From: an uncultured Methanoregulaceae archaeon
Lineage (GTDB): Archaea > Halobacteriota > Methanomicrobia > Methanomicrobiales > Methanospirillaceae
DNA length: 64,000 nt
NCBI GenBank assembly: GCA_963705255.1
Contig: OY970061.1
Span: 1,376,001 to 1,440,000, forward strand
Direction of reading: 5' to 3'
A program made the position numbers and the translations under genes. Of the stretch, positions 8,780 through 18,157 are shown one piece after another; the stretch's first letter is position 1, and every line of letters starts with the position of its first letter. The notes beneath the pieces were generated by a model. The model was not told where the DNA came from. It ran no database searches and saw only the letters and a program-made list of their open reading frames with translations.

Positions 8780-10831
8780 TCATTCCCGAGATGCAGCTCG
8801 TAATTTTTCACAGGAACGTAAAAATTTTTTTCTTAAAACGTCTACATTCTGAAAATGCTGTAATACTTGGTCTTTATCGAATTTTTCCTGAGGACTATTC
8901 TCCATGAAATCCTTGAGTCGTCGTTCTGCCATAACTTCAGCAATCATTTCATATAAAATCGAATCAGCGACTCGAGGTTGAGTTTCGTATACGAGACCGA
9001 TCCGAGCCCCTTTTGTATTAAACCAAATATCTCCATCAGACCAAATAGGCATAATCTCATTCTGAATTGGATCGAGCGAGTCATCTGTTATCGGTGATAA
9101 ATCCTGGATTGTACCTTTCCGTCCATCATCACCTTTATTTCCTCCTTTTGGAGGACTTCTGGAAATTATTTCTGGTTCTATTTCAATCCATATCGAATGT
9201 AACGCTCGCTCAAGTTCAATTGACTCAGTTGAAGAATCGGATCCCTTTTGTCTTGGCGGTTGATTTTGTAATATACACCGGATGTAATTTTTTCCTATTC
9301 CAAAATCATCAATGATCGGGATGTCTAATGTATAAACAATTCTTCCTTTTTTATCTGCAACAGCAGGGTCGATAATTGGAATATCATGATATTCCCATGC
9401 ATTCAATCGAGATAATCCTTTATCAAGAGCTTCTATTGTTAATTGTAGATATTTTTGATATTCCTTTGTGGGATTTAGAATGATAATTTCAATGTGGGCC
9501 TTATCCTCATAGTTGTAAAATTCCTTATCGAGTTTAATATCTGATATGAACGGATGTTCTGGAGATTCTTTTTTATTTCTTTTTCTCGTGATTTCATCAG
9601 TACCTGACCACGGATTAAAATCTGGTACTTCTGCAAATGCTCTTTGCAAAACGTCTAAATTTATTTGAGCTCGCTTTCTATCTTTTTCGGTCAAGCGAGG
9701 TTTAAATTTTCTTTTTTCATAAGGTATAATAAAATCTTCAACATTTTGCTGAAGCAAGTCCTGAACTTTTTTATAGTGGGGATGAGGAGTAAATCCACGG
9801 TGCCCTGGTTTTTCACATGCGCATAAGAAGCGTCCTTCGAAGTTACAATCGTAACTTGCCCAACCATAAATTCTATCCTGTAATTCTGTACTAATTTTTC
9901 GACCGAAATCTGTGTCACGTTCAATAACCTGTGTACCCTTTTTTATTAGCGCAATACCCCTTAACTCCCGGGGTAGTGGTTCTTCTGCTAAAAAAAACGC
10001 CACATTAGTTAATTCCCCAATTTTTTTCTTATTGTAGGTTACTGGGATTTTTGAGATTTTTTTCACTATTGGTTTTCCACTATCTGTTGCTGGAACAGGG
10101 AAGTGAGGCATTCCAATTTTTTGAAGGTCTTTATCAATATATCCAAATCTGATTTGAACACCTTTTTTTATTGCAGCACACCAAGTTTTTGAAATATCTT
10201 GAATGATTCTTTCGGCATCCAATAATTCATCATGAACCGGGTCAATCACACCTCGGATGATAATTTCTGATCCCTCAGGTTCATCAGATTTCATGAGATA
10301 GTCTTCAGATAAAACCCAAGTCCAATCATTTCCGGATCTCGTCCAATGAGACGCCATTGTATCTGTTTTATGGAAGGATTTGGGAGAGGCAATTTTTGTT
10401 CGTACGATTGTTTCAGTTCCAGCTACAATAAGTAAGGATTTACCCTGCCCTCTTGATCCAAGAGAATTTAATGGCTTACCTAACCCGCCCAAATAGTGAA
10501 AATTGCCCCAACTGCAGTGATCATCATGGCAATCTTCGGCACCTGAAATCCTACCCCAAAAACATTTTTTACAATGGGGCATCCCGGTAGTACCATAATC
10601 TCTTATAGACAGGATACGATTTTTGGGATCATATCTGATTATAATTTTTACATCCTTATAATCAGATTTTTTTGCGTCAATCGAATTTTGAATCGACTCT
10701 TGAAAAATACCTTTCGCATGTGACTCATAATCATCTTTATATGATTCCATTAACCGATGTGTATTTGCACTTAATTTATGACTCTCTTTAGCGTAGTCGG
10801 GAATTGTTGTTTTTAATGATTCTGTGGACAT
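8780..10831 (-). CDS. GHKL (HSP90/MutL/MORC-like) ATPase with long C-terminal region
   Basis: QESIQNSIDA N-box, RDYGTTGM G1, LGSRGQGKS G2; 683 aa; AT-rich. Confidence 0.85.
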   Translation of the reverse strand: MSTESLKTTIPDYAKESHKLSANTHRLMESYKDDYESHAKGIFQESIQNSIDAKKSDYKDVKIIIRYDPKNRILSIRDYGTTGMPHCKKCFWGRISGAEDCHDDHCSWGNFHYLGGLGKPLNSLGSRGQGKSLLIVAGTETIVRTKIASPKSFHKTDTMASHWTRSGNDWTWVLSEDYLMKSDEPEGSEIIIRGVIDPVHDELLDAERIIQDISKTWCAAIKKGVQIRFGYIDKDLQKIGMPHFPVPATDSGKPIVKKISKIPVTYNKKKIGELTNVAFFLAEEPLPRELRGIALIKKGTQVIERDTDFGRKISTELQDRIYGWASYDCNFEGRFLCACEKPGHRGFTPHPHYKKVQDLLQQNVEDFIIPYEKRKFKPRLTEKDRKRAQINLDVLQRAFAEVPDFNPWSGTDEITRKRNKKESPEHPFISDIKLDKEFYNYEDKAHIEIIILNPTKEYQKYLQLTIEALDKGLSRLNAWEYHDIPIIDPAVADKKGRIVYTLDIPIIDDFGIGKNYIRCILQNQPPRQKGSDSSTESIELERALHSIWIEIEPEIISRSPPKGGNKGDDGRKGTIQDLSPITDDSLDPIQNEIMPIWSDGDIWFNTKGARIGLVYETQPRVADSILYEMIAEVMAERRLKDFMENSPQEKFDKDQVLQHFQNVDVLRKKFLRSCEKLRAASRE

Positions 10832-10837
10832 AAAAAA

Positions 10838-11101
10838 TTACGGAAGGGAGATTTCTTTCTCTACCTTTCCTTGGAATGCGTTTTCAACAGTTCTAACAGA
10901 TTCCTTCAGAGTTCGGAGAATGTATTTTACTTGGGCATCAGTATACTCATATCTGTTCTTGTCCGCTAATGGAGCAATAAGTTCGATGGTGTGTACTGCT
11001 TTCTCTAATCGGGCTTCCCCAAGTTTCCGAAATTTCTGTGCTTTGGGGCTTTCAACCTGAGTTTTTTCTTCCATATTTTGTTCCTCAAAACGATTATACA
11101 C
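10838..11101 (-). CDS. Small helical protein of a family often seen in RM/defence loci
   Basis: KFRKLGEARLEKAVHTIELIAPLADKNRYEYTDAQV..L pattern; probable start at 11074 (MEEK). Confidence 0.7.
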   Translation of the reverse strand: MYNRFEEQNMEEKTQVESPKAQKFRKLGEARLEKAVHTIELIAPLADKNRYEYTDAQVKYILRTLKESVRTVENAFQGKVEKEISLP

Positions 11102-11194
11102 ATACTAGAATCAATTGAATGATCCAGTATTTGAGCTCATAAATTATTTATATTTTTCTTAAAAATGAAAATTTTTCAATGCAATTATTGATTC

Positions 11195-12184
11195 TTATAT
11201 TGCTTCTACAGAAGCTACAGGCATTATAGTATTTAATGTAGAATCTTGAAAAAAATATTTTTTGGGGACCCTTTCTATTGCAAAACGAATCCTTTTAGAG
11301 GCGATATTGTAAGCTTTCTCATTCAGCTCAATGCCGACAGATTTACGACAGAGCTCCAAGGCACCTAGCATTGTGGTTCCGCTCCCTGCATGAGGATCGA
11401 GAACAAGATCATTTTGTTTTGATGACGCTAGAATAATCCATCGTATTAAATCCAGCGGTTTTTGAGTTGGATATTCAGAATTACTTATTATGGGGGGAAT
11501 TTCAAGGATACTTTTTGGATATCTTTTTCCAACATTCTTCATGGAATATGGTTCTTTTTTGAAAGAATCCTGAGTCGCGGGATGATTCTTTTTCCTATTA
11601 CGAGTATATGGTTTGCCGTTTGTCATGACTTGTTTTGTGTAAAATTTTGTATTATCGATTCGAGCTCCTTTTTTACAGAAAACGAATATATTTTCATGAA
11701 TCGGTAGCGGTTTGAAATTGGAAGACCAGGGTATATTATTGCGGTTCCAGATTATCTCAAATCTGAAATCAAAATATTTTCTGAAACTATTATAGACATC
11801 AATCAATGAGGGTTGCTTTCCAAAAATATAGACAAGGCCATTATCATTTAACACGTTATGATAAAGATCAGCCAAAACATCCCAATCTGGAGCTTCGTCC
11901 CATGGAAGCTTAGTAATACCATAGGGAGGATCGTCAATGATAAGATCCACAGAACTTGGAGATAATGTTTTAAGATGTTCCTCGCAATAGTCTTGCACTA
12001 ATGTTGGCTGATAAAATGAAGGAGGATCACGCCCAAATGATGTAATATGTCTAAATTTATTCTTATCACCTTGTCGATAATATTCGACCAAGTAATAGTA
12101 ATTTCCATTTACCCCTTTTGATTTTTTTATGTAATAACGTGACAGTCTGTGTTCATCGACTTGATCTAAGGAAAGAGGAGACAT
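11195..12184 (-). CDS. Beta-class N6-adenine/N4-cytosine DNA methyltransferase with N-terminal extension
   Basis: DDPPY motif IV before YPTQKP and LDPHAGSGTT motif I, GIEL. Confidence 0.92.
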   Translation of the reverse strand: MSPLSLDQVDEHRLSRYYIKKSKGVNGNYYYLVEYYRQGDKNKFRHITSFGRDPPSFYQPTLVQDYCEEHLKTLSPSSVDLIIDDPPYGITKLPWDEAPDWDVLADLYHNVLNDNGLVYIFGKQPSLIDVYNSFRKYFDFRFEIIWNRNNIPWSSNFKPLPIHENIFVFCKKGARIDNTKFYTKQVMTNGKPYTRNRKKNHPATQDSFKKEPYSMKNVGKRYPKSILEIPPIISNSEYPTQKPLDLIRWIILASSKQNDLVLDPHAGSGTTMLGALELCRKSVGIELNEKAYNIASKRIRFAIERVPKKYFFQDSTLNTIMPVASVEAI

Positions 12185-12390
12185 CAGTGATCAAGGCCTC
12201 CCATTTTTTCTTTGGATTTTGACTCATTTGGCTCAGTTTTTCCTCCGACCCGCTTGAATTCAAAAACCATTCTTCTTATTGCATCTCTAGCTGCTTCTGC
12301 TTCATTGAGATAATAGGTGCCAACAATTTTTTCGAATTCTTTTGATAGTTCGTCAGGTAGATCGGTATGACATTTCTTTGTTTTTGCCAC
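12184..12390 (-). CDS. Ribbon-helix-helix (CopG-like) controller protein
   Basis: CHTDLPDELSKEFEKIV..YYLNEAEAARDAIRRMV; stop overlaps MTase start (TGATG). Confidence 0.7.
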   Translation of the reverse strand: MAKTKKCHTDLPDELSKEFEKIVGTYYLNEAEAARDAIRRMVFEFKRVGGKTEPNESKSKEKMGGLDH

Positions 12391-12394
12391 AAAG

Positions 12395-12441
12395 TTACTC
12401 TAGAGTAATTATGTAAATACTTTGCGATTACTTTGTAGTAA
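12395..12441. promoter_or_regulatory. Tandem palindromic operators flanking a TATA-like box of the RHH-MTase operon
   Basis: TTACT-CTAG-AGTAA 12395-12408 and TTACT-TTGT-AGTAA 12428-12441, 33 bp apart; TATTTACATA on minus strand between them. Confidence 0.6.
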
Positions 12442-12680
12442 CTAATGAATATCTTTTTATCTTCATTCTTAATCCGTGGTCTCATCCATTTCCTATCCTA
12501 TGTGAAATTATTCCACACAAGTCTCATCGCGAAGAATGGGGCCAGAAGATTACCCGAAACGCTCCCACAAACATTTCCATTCATGAGCAGGTTATACGAC
12601 GGTATCGTGCTTCAGAAAGATGCCGCACGAGAACATTGACCCCTAGGTAACCCAAACATCCGCGAACTATCCCCACCCCT

Positions 12681-12999
12681 TCCCAAAACCTTCCGGCCCA
12701 ACTCAGTACCTCCCAAAAATAATTTTGCCTCAGGTCCGATCGCGCCAAAATTTTTTTTGGCGCAACTCAGTACGAGCCAGAAAAATATCTGGGACCCCCT
12801 CCCAAAAATGACCGTTCACGCCTAAACACCAGTTGTCTGACACGGCCCGGTCGCGCCAAAAAAATATTTGTCCCAACTCAGATCGGCCCAAAAAAATTTT
12901 TGGCGCAACTCAGTACGAGCCAAAAAAATATTTGCCTCGCACTGGATCGAGCCGGAAAAATATCCGGCGCGATCGGGACCGGGCCGGAAAATCTTCCGG
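12681..12999. repeat. Array of nine 16-bp quasi-palindromic boxes with exact 32-bp period, in two blocks
   Basis: Boxes start at 12681 (degenerate), 12713, 12745, 12777, then 12856, 12888, 12920, 12952, 12984; e.g. CCAAAATTTTTTTTGG, CCAGAAAAATATCTGG, CCGGAAAAATATCCGG; 16-bp linker CGCAACTCAGTACGAG occurs twice identically. Confidence 0.9.
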
Positions 13000-13111
13000 A
13001 CCGCACAACCCAATCAACTGACCAACCCCTCTCTTCCGGTCCGCAACGGGAAAAAGAACTCCATGCAAGATCCGCAAGGATATTCACCACAGGTAATAAA
13101 ATACGTGCAGG

Positions 13112-13480
13112 ATGCTGAAGACCAGCTACTTCGCGAGGAGTGCCAAAGAGCCCGGTGCGGTCTCGATAGCCCGCTTCCCGCCGCGATGGTATTCCGGCAG
13201 GAGATACTTCAGGCTCGCCCCGACACCTGAGATGCTGAAACTCGAGGACTGGGAAGAATACCAGAGAAGGTACCGGGAGGAGATCCTCTCGGGCCTCGAT
13301 CCCGATGAGATCCTCCGGGACCTGGACGTTGCGGGGGCAGGTCATGATGTCATCCTGCTCTGCTTCGAGAAGGAACGGACGCACTGCCACCGCGGGCTGG
13401 TCGCAGAATGGTTTTCTGAAACAATAGGGCTCGAAGTCCCCGAAGTCGGATCCCCGTCCACGATCCAGGCGACACTCTAG
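13112..13480 (+). CDS. DUF488 family protein
   Basis: TSYFA..VSIAR..P..LAPT..L, YREEIL, LLCFEK....CHR.LVAEW. Confidence 0.8.
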   Translation: MLKTSYFARSAKEPGAVSIARFPPRWYSGRRYFRLAPTPEMLKLEDWEEYQRRYREEILSGLDPDEILRDLDVAGAGHDVILLCFEKERTHCHRGLVAEWFSETIGLEVPEVGSPSTIQATL

Positions 13481-13687
13481 AACCTGTGGTTGGCAGTCGC
13501 GAGCCTAGCGAGGGGGATACGGGACCGGCAGGAACGGGGAATGACAGCCAACCTGCCGGAAAACCAACCTATATATTTCCGTCCCGCAATTAACAATTGT
13601 GAATTATTCTCCGGCAGAAGCCCCATCCCCGAAAAGAGCCAACGGACACCGGAGACAGAATCCCTGAATTCCTGAGAGAGGTTGCCT

Positions 13688-14671
13688 ATGAAAATCCACG
13701 ACAATATCACCAAAACCATCGGCAATACCCCGCTCGTCCGGCTGAACCGGGTGACAAAAGGCCTGGACGCAACCGTGCTTGCCAAAGTCGAGTCCTTCAA
13801 CCCGATGGGCAGCGTGAAGGACCGGATCGGGGTTGCCATGATCGAGGCTGCCGAGACCGCAGACCTGATAACGCCGGATACCATCATCCTCGAGCCGACA
13901 AGCGGCAATACCGGTATCGCCCTTGCCATGGTGGCCGCTGCCCGGGGTACAGGATCACGCTGGTCATGCCGGAGACGATGAGCATCGAGCGGCGCAAGCT
14001 CCTCAAAGCCTTCGGCGCCGAGCTCATCCTCACGCCCGGCAAAGAGGGGATGAAGGGAGCGATAGGAAAGGCCGAGGCCCTCCTAGCAGAGAACCCCCGG
14101 TATTTCTACATCCCCCAGCAGTTCCGGAACCCGGCAAATCCCGCCATCCACCGGAAGACAACGGCAGAGGAGATCTGGCGGGACACGGACGGGAAGGTGG
14201 ATGCCGTTGTCTCCGGTGTGGGGACCGGCGGGACAATCACGGGAATAGCCGAAGTGATCAAGCCCCGCAGGCCCTCGTTCAGGGCCATCGCCGTAGAACC
14301 CGATGCATCCCCCGTCCTCTCGGGAGGCCAGCCCGGCCCGCACAAGATCCAGGGCATCGGTGCGGGTTTTGTTCCCGACGTGCTCAGGAAGGATCTCCTG
14401 GACGAGGTGATCCGCGTGACATACGAGGATGCTGTTGCCGCCGCACGGAAGATGGCCAGAGAGGAGGGCATCCTCATCGGCATCTCCGGCGGGGCAGCGA
14501 TATGGGCAGCGCTCCAGTCTTGCGGCACGGAAGGAGTACGCAGGCAAGACCATCGTGGTCATCCTGCCGGATACCGGGGAGCGGTACCTGAGTACGGAAC
14601 TCTTCGAAGTCCGGGATGTTAACCAGGACCCCGGAGAGGAGAAGGATCGTCAGTATCCTCCGGCCGGGTAA
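13688..14671 (+). CDS. cysK: Cysteine synthase A (frameshifts near 13945 and 14520)
   Basis: [48 protein letters not shown] spread over three frames. Confidence 0.92.
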
Positions 14672-14683
14672 CGGGGCAGGATC

Positions 14684-15646
14684 ATGGTCTTCGACCGCCT
14701 CCGGGAAGAGATCCGGGCAATCTTTTCCAAGGATCCCGCCGCCCGCTCAACCCTCGAGATCCTCTGCTGTTACCCCGGGCTCCATGCCCTCTGGTTCCAC
14801 CGCCGGACGCACTGGCTCTGGACCCATAACTGGAAATTCTGGGCCCGGTTCGTCTCCCATATCAGCCGGTTCCTGACCGGCATCGAGATCCATCCCGGGG
14901 CGCAGATCGGGCGCCGCGTGGTCATCGACCACGGCATGGGGGTCGTCATCGGCGAGACTGCCGAGGTCGGCAACGATGTCCTCATCTACATGGGCGTAGT
15001 GCTCGGGGGCACTGCCCTTGAGAATGTCAAGCGCCACCCGACGGTCGAAGACAACGTGATCATCGGTTCCGGTGCGATAATTCTCGGCCCGGTACGTATC
15101 GGGGCGGGCGCGAAGGTGGGGGCGGGGTCCGTGGTGGTCCGCTCCGTACCCCCGGGCGCCACGGTCGTCGGGGTCCCGGGAAGGATCGCCGGACCGGAAT
15201 GCGGGACACGACCGGAAGACGAGGAGGCCATGCCCGACCCGATGCTCAGGGTGGTCAGCCGGCTCCTCGACCGGCAGAACCAGCTCGAGGAGAGGCTCCG
15301 CGCCCTGCAGCAGTCGCTCCCCCCCGCCCCGGGCGAGGACCGCAGGGCAGAACAGGTCTGCGAATCGGAGATACGGCAGGTGCTCAGGGAGGTGATCGAT
15401 CCCGAGGTGGGGATCGATATCGTGGACCTCGGCCTCATCAAGGAGATCCGCGTGACCGCGAACCATGTAGAGATCGACATGATCCTGACCAGCAAGGCCT
15501 GCCCGCTCGTGGACCACCTCTCAGAGCAGGTGAAACGGAAGGTGCTGGGCGTGTGCGGGATCGAGGAAGTCGACGTGAAGGTCCTCGACGAGCCCTGGAA
15601 CTGGGACCGGTTCGTGCACCAGCGGGGAGCGCTCAAGAAGATCTGA
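14684..15646 (+). CDS. cysE: Serine O-acetyltransferase fused to C-terminal DUF59 (SufT/MIP18) domain
   Basis: [30 protein letters not shown]; C-terminal [25 protein letters not shown]. Confidence 0.9.
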   Translation: MVFDRLREEIRAIFSKDPAARSTLEILCCYPGLHALWFHRRTHWLWTHNWKFWARFVSHISRFLTGIEIHPGAQIGRRVVIDHGMGVVIGETAEVGNDVLIYMGVVLGGTALENVKRHPTVEDNVIIGSGAIILGPVRIGAGAKVGAGSVVVRSVPPGATVVGVPGRIAGPECGTRPEDEEAMPDPMLRVVSRLLDRQNQLEERLRALQQSLPPAPGEDRRAEQVCESEIRQVLREVIDPEVGIDIVDLGLIKEIRVTANHVEIDMILTSKACPLVDHLSEQVKRKVLGVCGIEEVDVKVLDEPWNWDRFVHQRGALKKI

Positions 15647-15880
15647 AAACCCGGATGACCACGACAGCCCGGAAGACGCGGGCTTGAGATCCGGTGGCCG
15701 CCCGGTCTCTCTCATTCAGGGAAACCGTCAGGCTCCAGAGGGACAAAAGGAGACCGGGTTTTCCACCTTCTCATTCAGCATGGCCGGTATCGTGCGGGAT
15801 AGGAACTGACTCCATAAAAACGATACATCTGCTCTCACCGGGTTTCTTTTATTTCACTCCGGTTTCATCCTCTGACGGAT

Positions 15881-16948
15881 TTAGTGCGAATGCGCAGGCA
15901 GCCCGTCATGGTCGTGCTCCGCAATATCGTGATAGTCAGGCCCCGAGGCAGTCGACGGGTCGACATGGATGGTGGCATCCGAAAGATACCGAAGATGGTG
16001 AAGGAGTTCGTGCCGGAACTCTTTCGCAATCGCATGGCCTTGTTCCACGGAAAGGGATGAACCGACCGTGATGTTGACCTCCGCATGGAGCCGGTGGCCC
16101 AGCCAGCGGACCTTTACATCGGTGATCTCCACCACTCCTTCAACGTACTCAGCAGTATGGCGGATCTCGTCGGTGATTGACGGGTCGACGCCATCGAGCA
16201 GCCGGGTGAAGATCGTTTTTCCCGACTCCCAGACAATCCAGAATATGATGATCGTGATGATGAGACCGATGACCGGGTCGGCAATCGGGAACCCGAGATA
16301 GACCCCGGCCGCACCGATCAGGACTGCAAGGCTCGCAAGCCCGTCTGTCCGTGCGTGCTGGCCATCTGCAACGAGCGCTGCACTGCCGATCTCGTTTCCT
16401 ACCCGGATGCGGAGCCGGGCCACGGCTTCATTCCCGGTAAACCCGACAAGTGCTGCCGCTGCTACCGCCCAGAGGAACGTCACCTGCTGCGGGTGAAGGA
16501 GGCGGTCTATGGAGACGTACCCGGCAACAACAGCCGATACCAGAATCATCAGAACCACGAACACGCCCGCAAGGTCCTCGACCCGCCCATACCCGTAGGT
16601 GAACCGTTTCGTCGGCTTCCACCGGGCCAGCAGAAACGCGAACAGGAGCGGGATCGCGGTGAACGCATCGCCGAAGTTATGGATGGTGTCGGCGAGCAAT
16701 GCGATGCTGCCGGAATAATAGACGATGATTATCTGGAACAGTGCGGTGATGAAAAGGCCGGCAAACGACCACTTGACCGCCCGGATCCCCCGTTCGGTGG
16801 TGAGAATGGATGGATCGACAATACCATGCGTGTGGGCATGGCCGTGGTGATGGTCGTCACGGTCATCCCCGCGATCATGCCCGGGGAGATGGCCATGATC
16901 AAGTCCGTTATCTTCCCGGGATTCATGGTCTTCAGTAGTGAGGATCAT
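15881..16948 (-). CDS. Cation diffusion facilitator transporter with His-rich termini
   Basis: SIALLADTIHNFGD, FTYGYGRVE, ADGQHARTD, IHVDP. Confidence 0.9.
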   Translation of the reverse strand: MILTTEDHESREDNGLDHGHLPGHDRGDDRDDHHHGHAHTHGIVDPSILTTERGIRAVKWSFAGLFITALFQIIIVYYSGSIALLADTIHNFGDAFTAIPLLFAFLLARWKPTKRFTYGYGRVEDLAGVFVVLMILVSAVVAGYVSIDRLLHPQQVTFLWAVAAAALVGFTGNEAVARLRIRVGNEIGSAALVADGQHARTDGLASLAVLIGAAGVYLGFPIADPVIGLIITIIIFWIVWESGKTIFTRLLDGVDPSITDEIRHTAEYVEGVVEITDVKVRWLGHRLHAEVNITVGSSLSVEQGHAIAKEFRHELLHHLRYLSDATIHVDPSTASGPDYHDIAEHDHDGLPAHSH

Positions 16949-16966
16949 GCTCTTTCACCTCCTCAT

Positions 16967-18154
16967 TCACCCGGCCGGGTCTGGGGAAGGGTTCGTAGTG
17001 TCCAGGGAGACCACCGCGATGGTATTGCCGCTCTCCCGGCAGTACGTCCCGACCCGCCGGAAAACATGCGGCACCATCGACCCCGGGGTCAGGAGGAGCG
17101 AGGATTCCCCGACGAGTGCCCGCAGGATACTTTTGTCTATCACGCCGTACGTGAAATCGAGCGATATCGATTCACGCTCGGCCAGATTCTTCGCCCTGGT
17201 CCCCATTGCCCCGCACCTGTACGACGGGTGGTCTGCTATCCACGCCAGGATCTCACCGGCACCGCTCTTATCCACGTCGCAGACCGTGATGGTCCCAAGG
17301 GCCCTGCCCGCGTGTGGTTTACTGAAGCTCTGTTCGAGCGAGCTGACCAGCTGGAGGACGGACTTCGGCGACTCCGTCTTCTCCATCATCTGCCGCGAGA
17401 CGAGCTCCGTGTAGACTTCCAGCACCGCAGGCATCCGGAGATTGGCAGCAGCAATGAGTGCCGTGCTGGTGAAGACCTCCTCGGGAGAGCCGGCATGGAT
17501 CACGGTCCCCCTGTTCATGAGGATGATATGGTCCGCCCAGAGGTACGCGAGCTCCACGTCATGGGTCGAGATGATGATCGTCGTCCCCCTCGCATTGAGT
17601 TCGTCGAGCAGCTCCATGAGGTCCGCGGCCCCGGCCGGGTCGAGCGAGCTGGTGGGTTCGTCGAAGATGAGGACCTCCGGCTCCATTGCAAGGGTACCGG
17701 CGATTGCGGCCCGCTTCTTCTCGCCACCGCTCAGCTGGTGGGGCGGCCGCTTCTCGTACCCGGTAAGGCCCACGGCCGCAAGCGATCGGGCAACCGCCGC
17801 CTGGATCTCGTCCGGCGTCATGCCGAGGTTGAGGGGGCCGAACGCCACGTCCTGGTACACCGTCGGGGCAAAGAGCTGGGTATCCGAGTTCTGGAATACC
17901 AGCCCCACCTTCTTCCGCACCTCACGCAGCGAGCGGCTGTCGTACCGGAGCGGTTCACTGTTGAAAAGCACCCGTCCCTTTGAGGGTTCAAGAACTCCGT
18001 TGCACATCAGGAGCAGGGTGGTCTTCCCGGCCCCGTTGGGGCCGACCAGTGCAACCTTGGCTCCTTTTTTTATCGAGAATGTTACCCCGGAAAGCGATTC
18101 ACGGCAGTTCGGGTAGGCATAATGAATATTGTCAAATTCGAGCAGGGTTGTCAT
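16967..18154 (-). CDS. cbiO: ECF cobalt transporter ATPase with C-terminal extension
   Basis: GPNGAGKTT, LSGGEKKR, DEPT, STHD; in cbiMNQO order. Confidence 0.9.
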   Translation of the reverse strand: MTTLLEFDNIHYAYPNCRESLSGVTFSIKKGAKVALVGPNGAGKTTLLLMCNGVLEPSKGRVLFNSEPLRYDSRSLREVRKKVGLVFQNSDTQLFAPTVYQDVAFGPLNLGMTPDEIQAAVARSLAAVGLTGYEKRPPHQLSGGEKKRAAIAGTLAMEPEVLIFDEPTSSLDPAGAADLMELLDELNARGTTIIISTHDVELAYLWADHIILMNRGTVIHAGSPEEVFTSTALIAAANLRMPAVLEVYTELVSRQMMEKTESPKSVLQLVSSLEQSFSKPHAGRALGTITVCDVDKSGAGEILAWIADHPSYRCGAMGTRAKNLAERESISLDFTYGVIDKSILRALVGESSLLLTPGSMVPHVFRRVGTYCRESGNTIAVVSLDTTNPSPDPAG

Positions 18155-18157
18155 AGG

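Noticed and set aside
7620-12700. att sites or terminal repeats bounding the AT-rich island
   Set aside because: Only a 10-bp inverted TATGTGAAAT match (~7684 and ~12499) and G/C-run similarity; no integrase or tRNA; compatible with chance.
12681-12999. CRISPR array interpretation of the 32-bp periodic repeat
   Set aside because: Boxes and linkers are only 16 bp, boxes are degenerate, linkers repeat each other, and no cas genes are present.
12822-13230. ORFs over the phased array (12822-13013, 12833-13021, 12868-13230)
   Set aside because: The 32-bp period is not a multiple of 3; translations are low-complexity by-products.
16355-17983. Long antisense ORFs (16355-17983, 23336-24655, 27347-28447, 36013-37065 and similar)
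   Set aside because: Shadows of GC-rich genes on the opposite strand, with no motifs.
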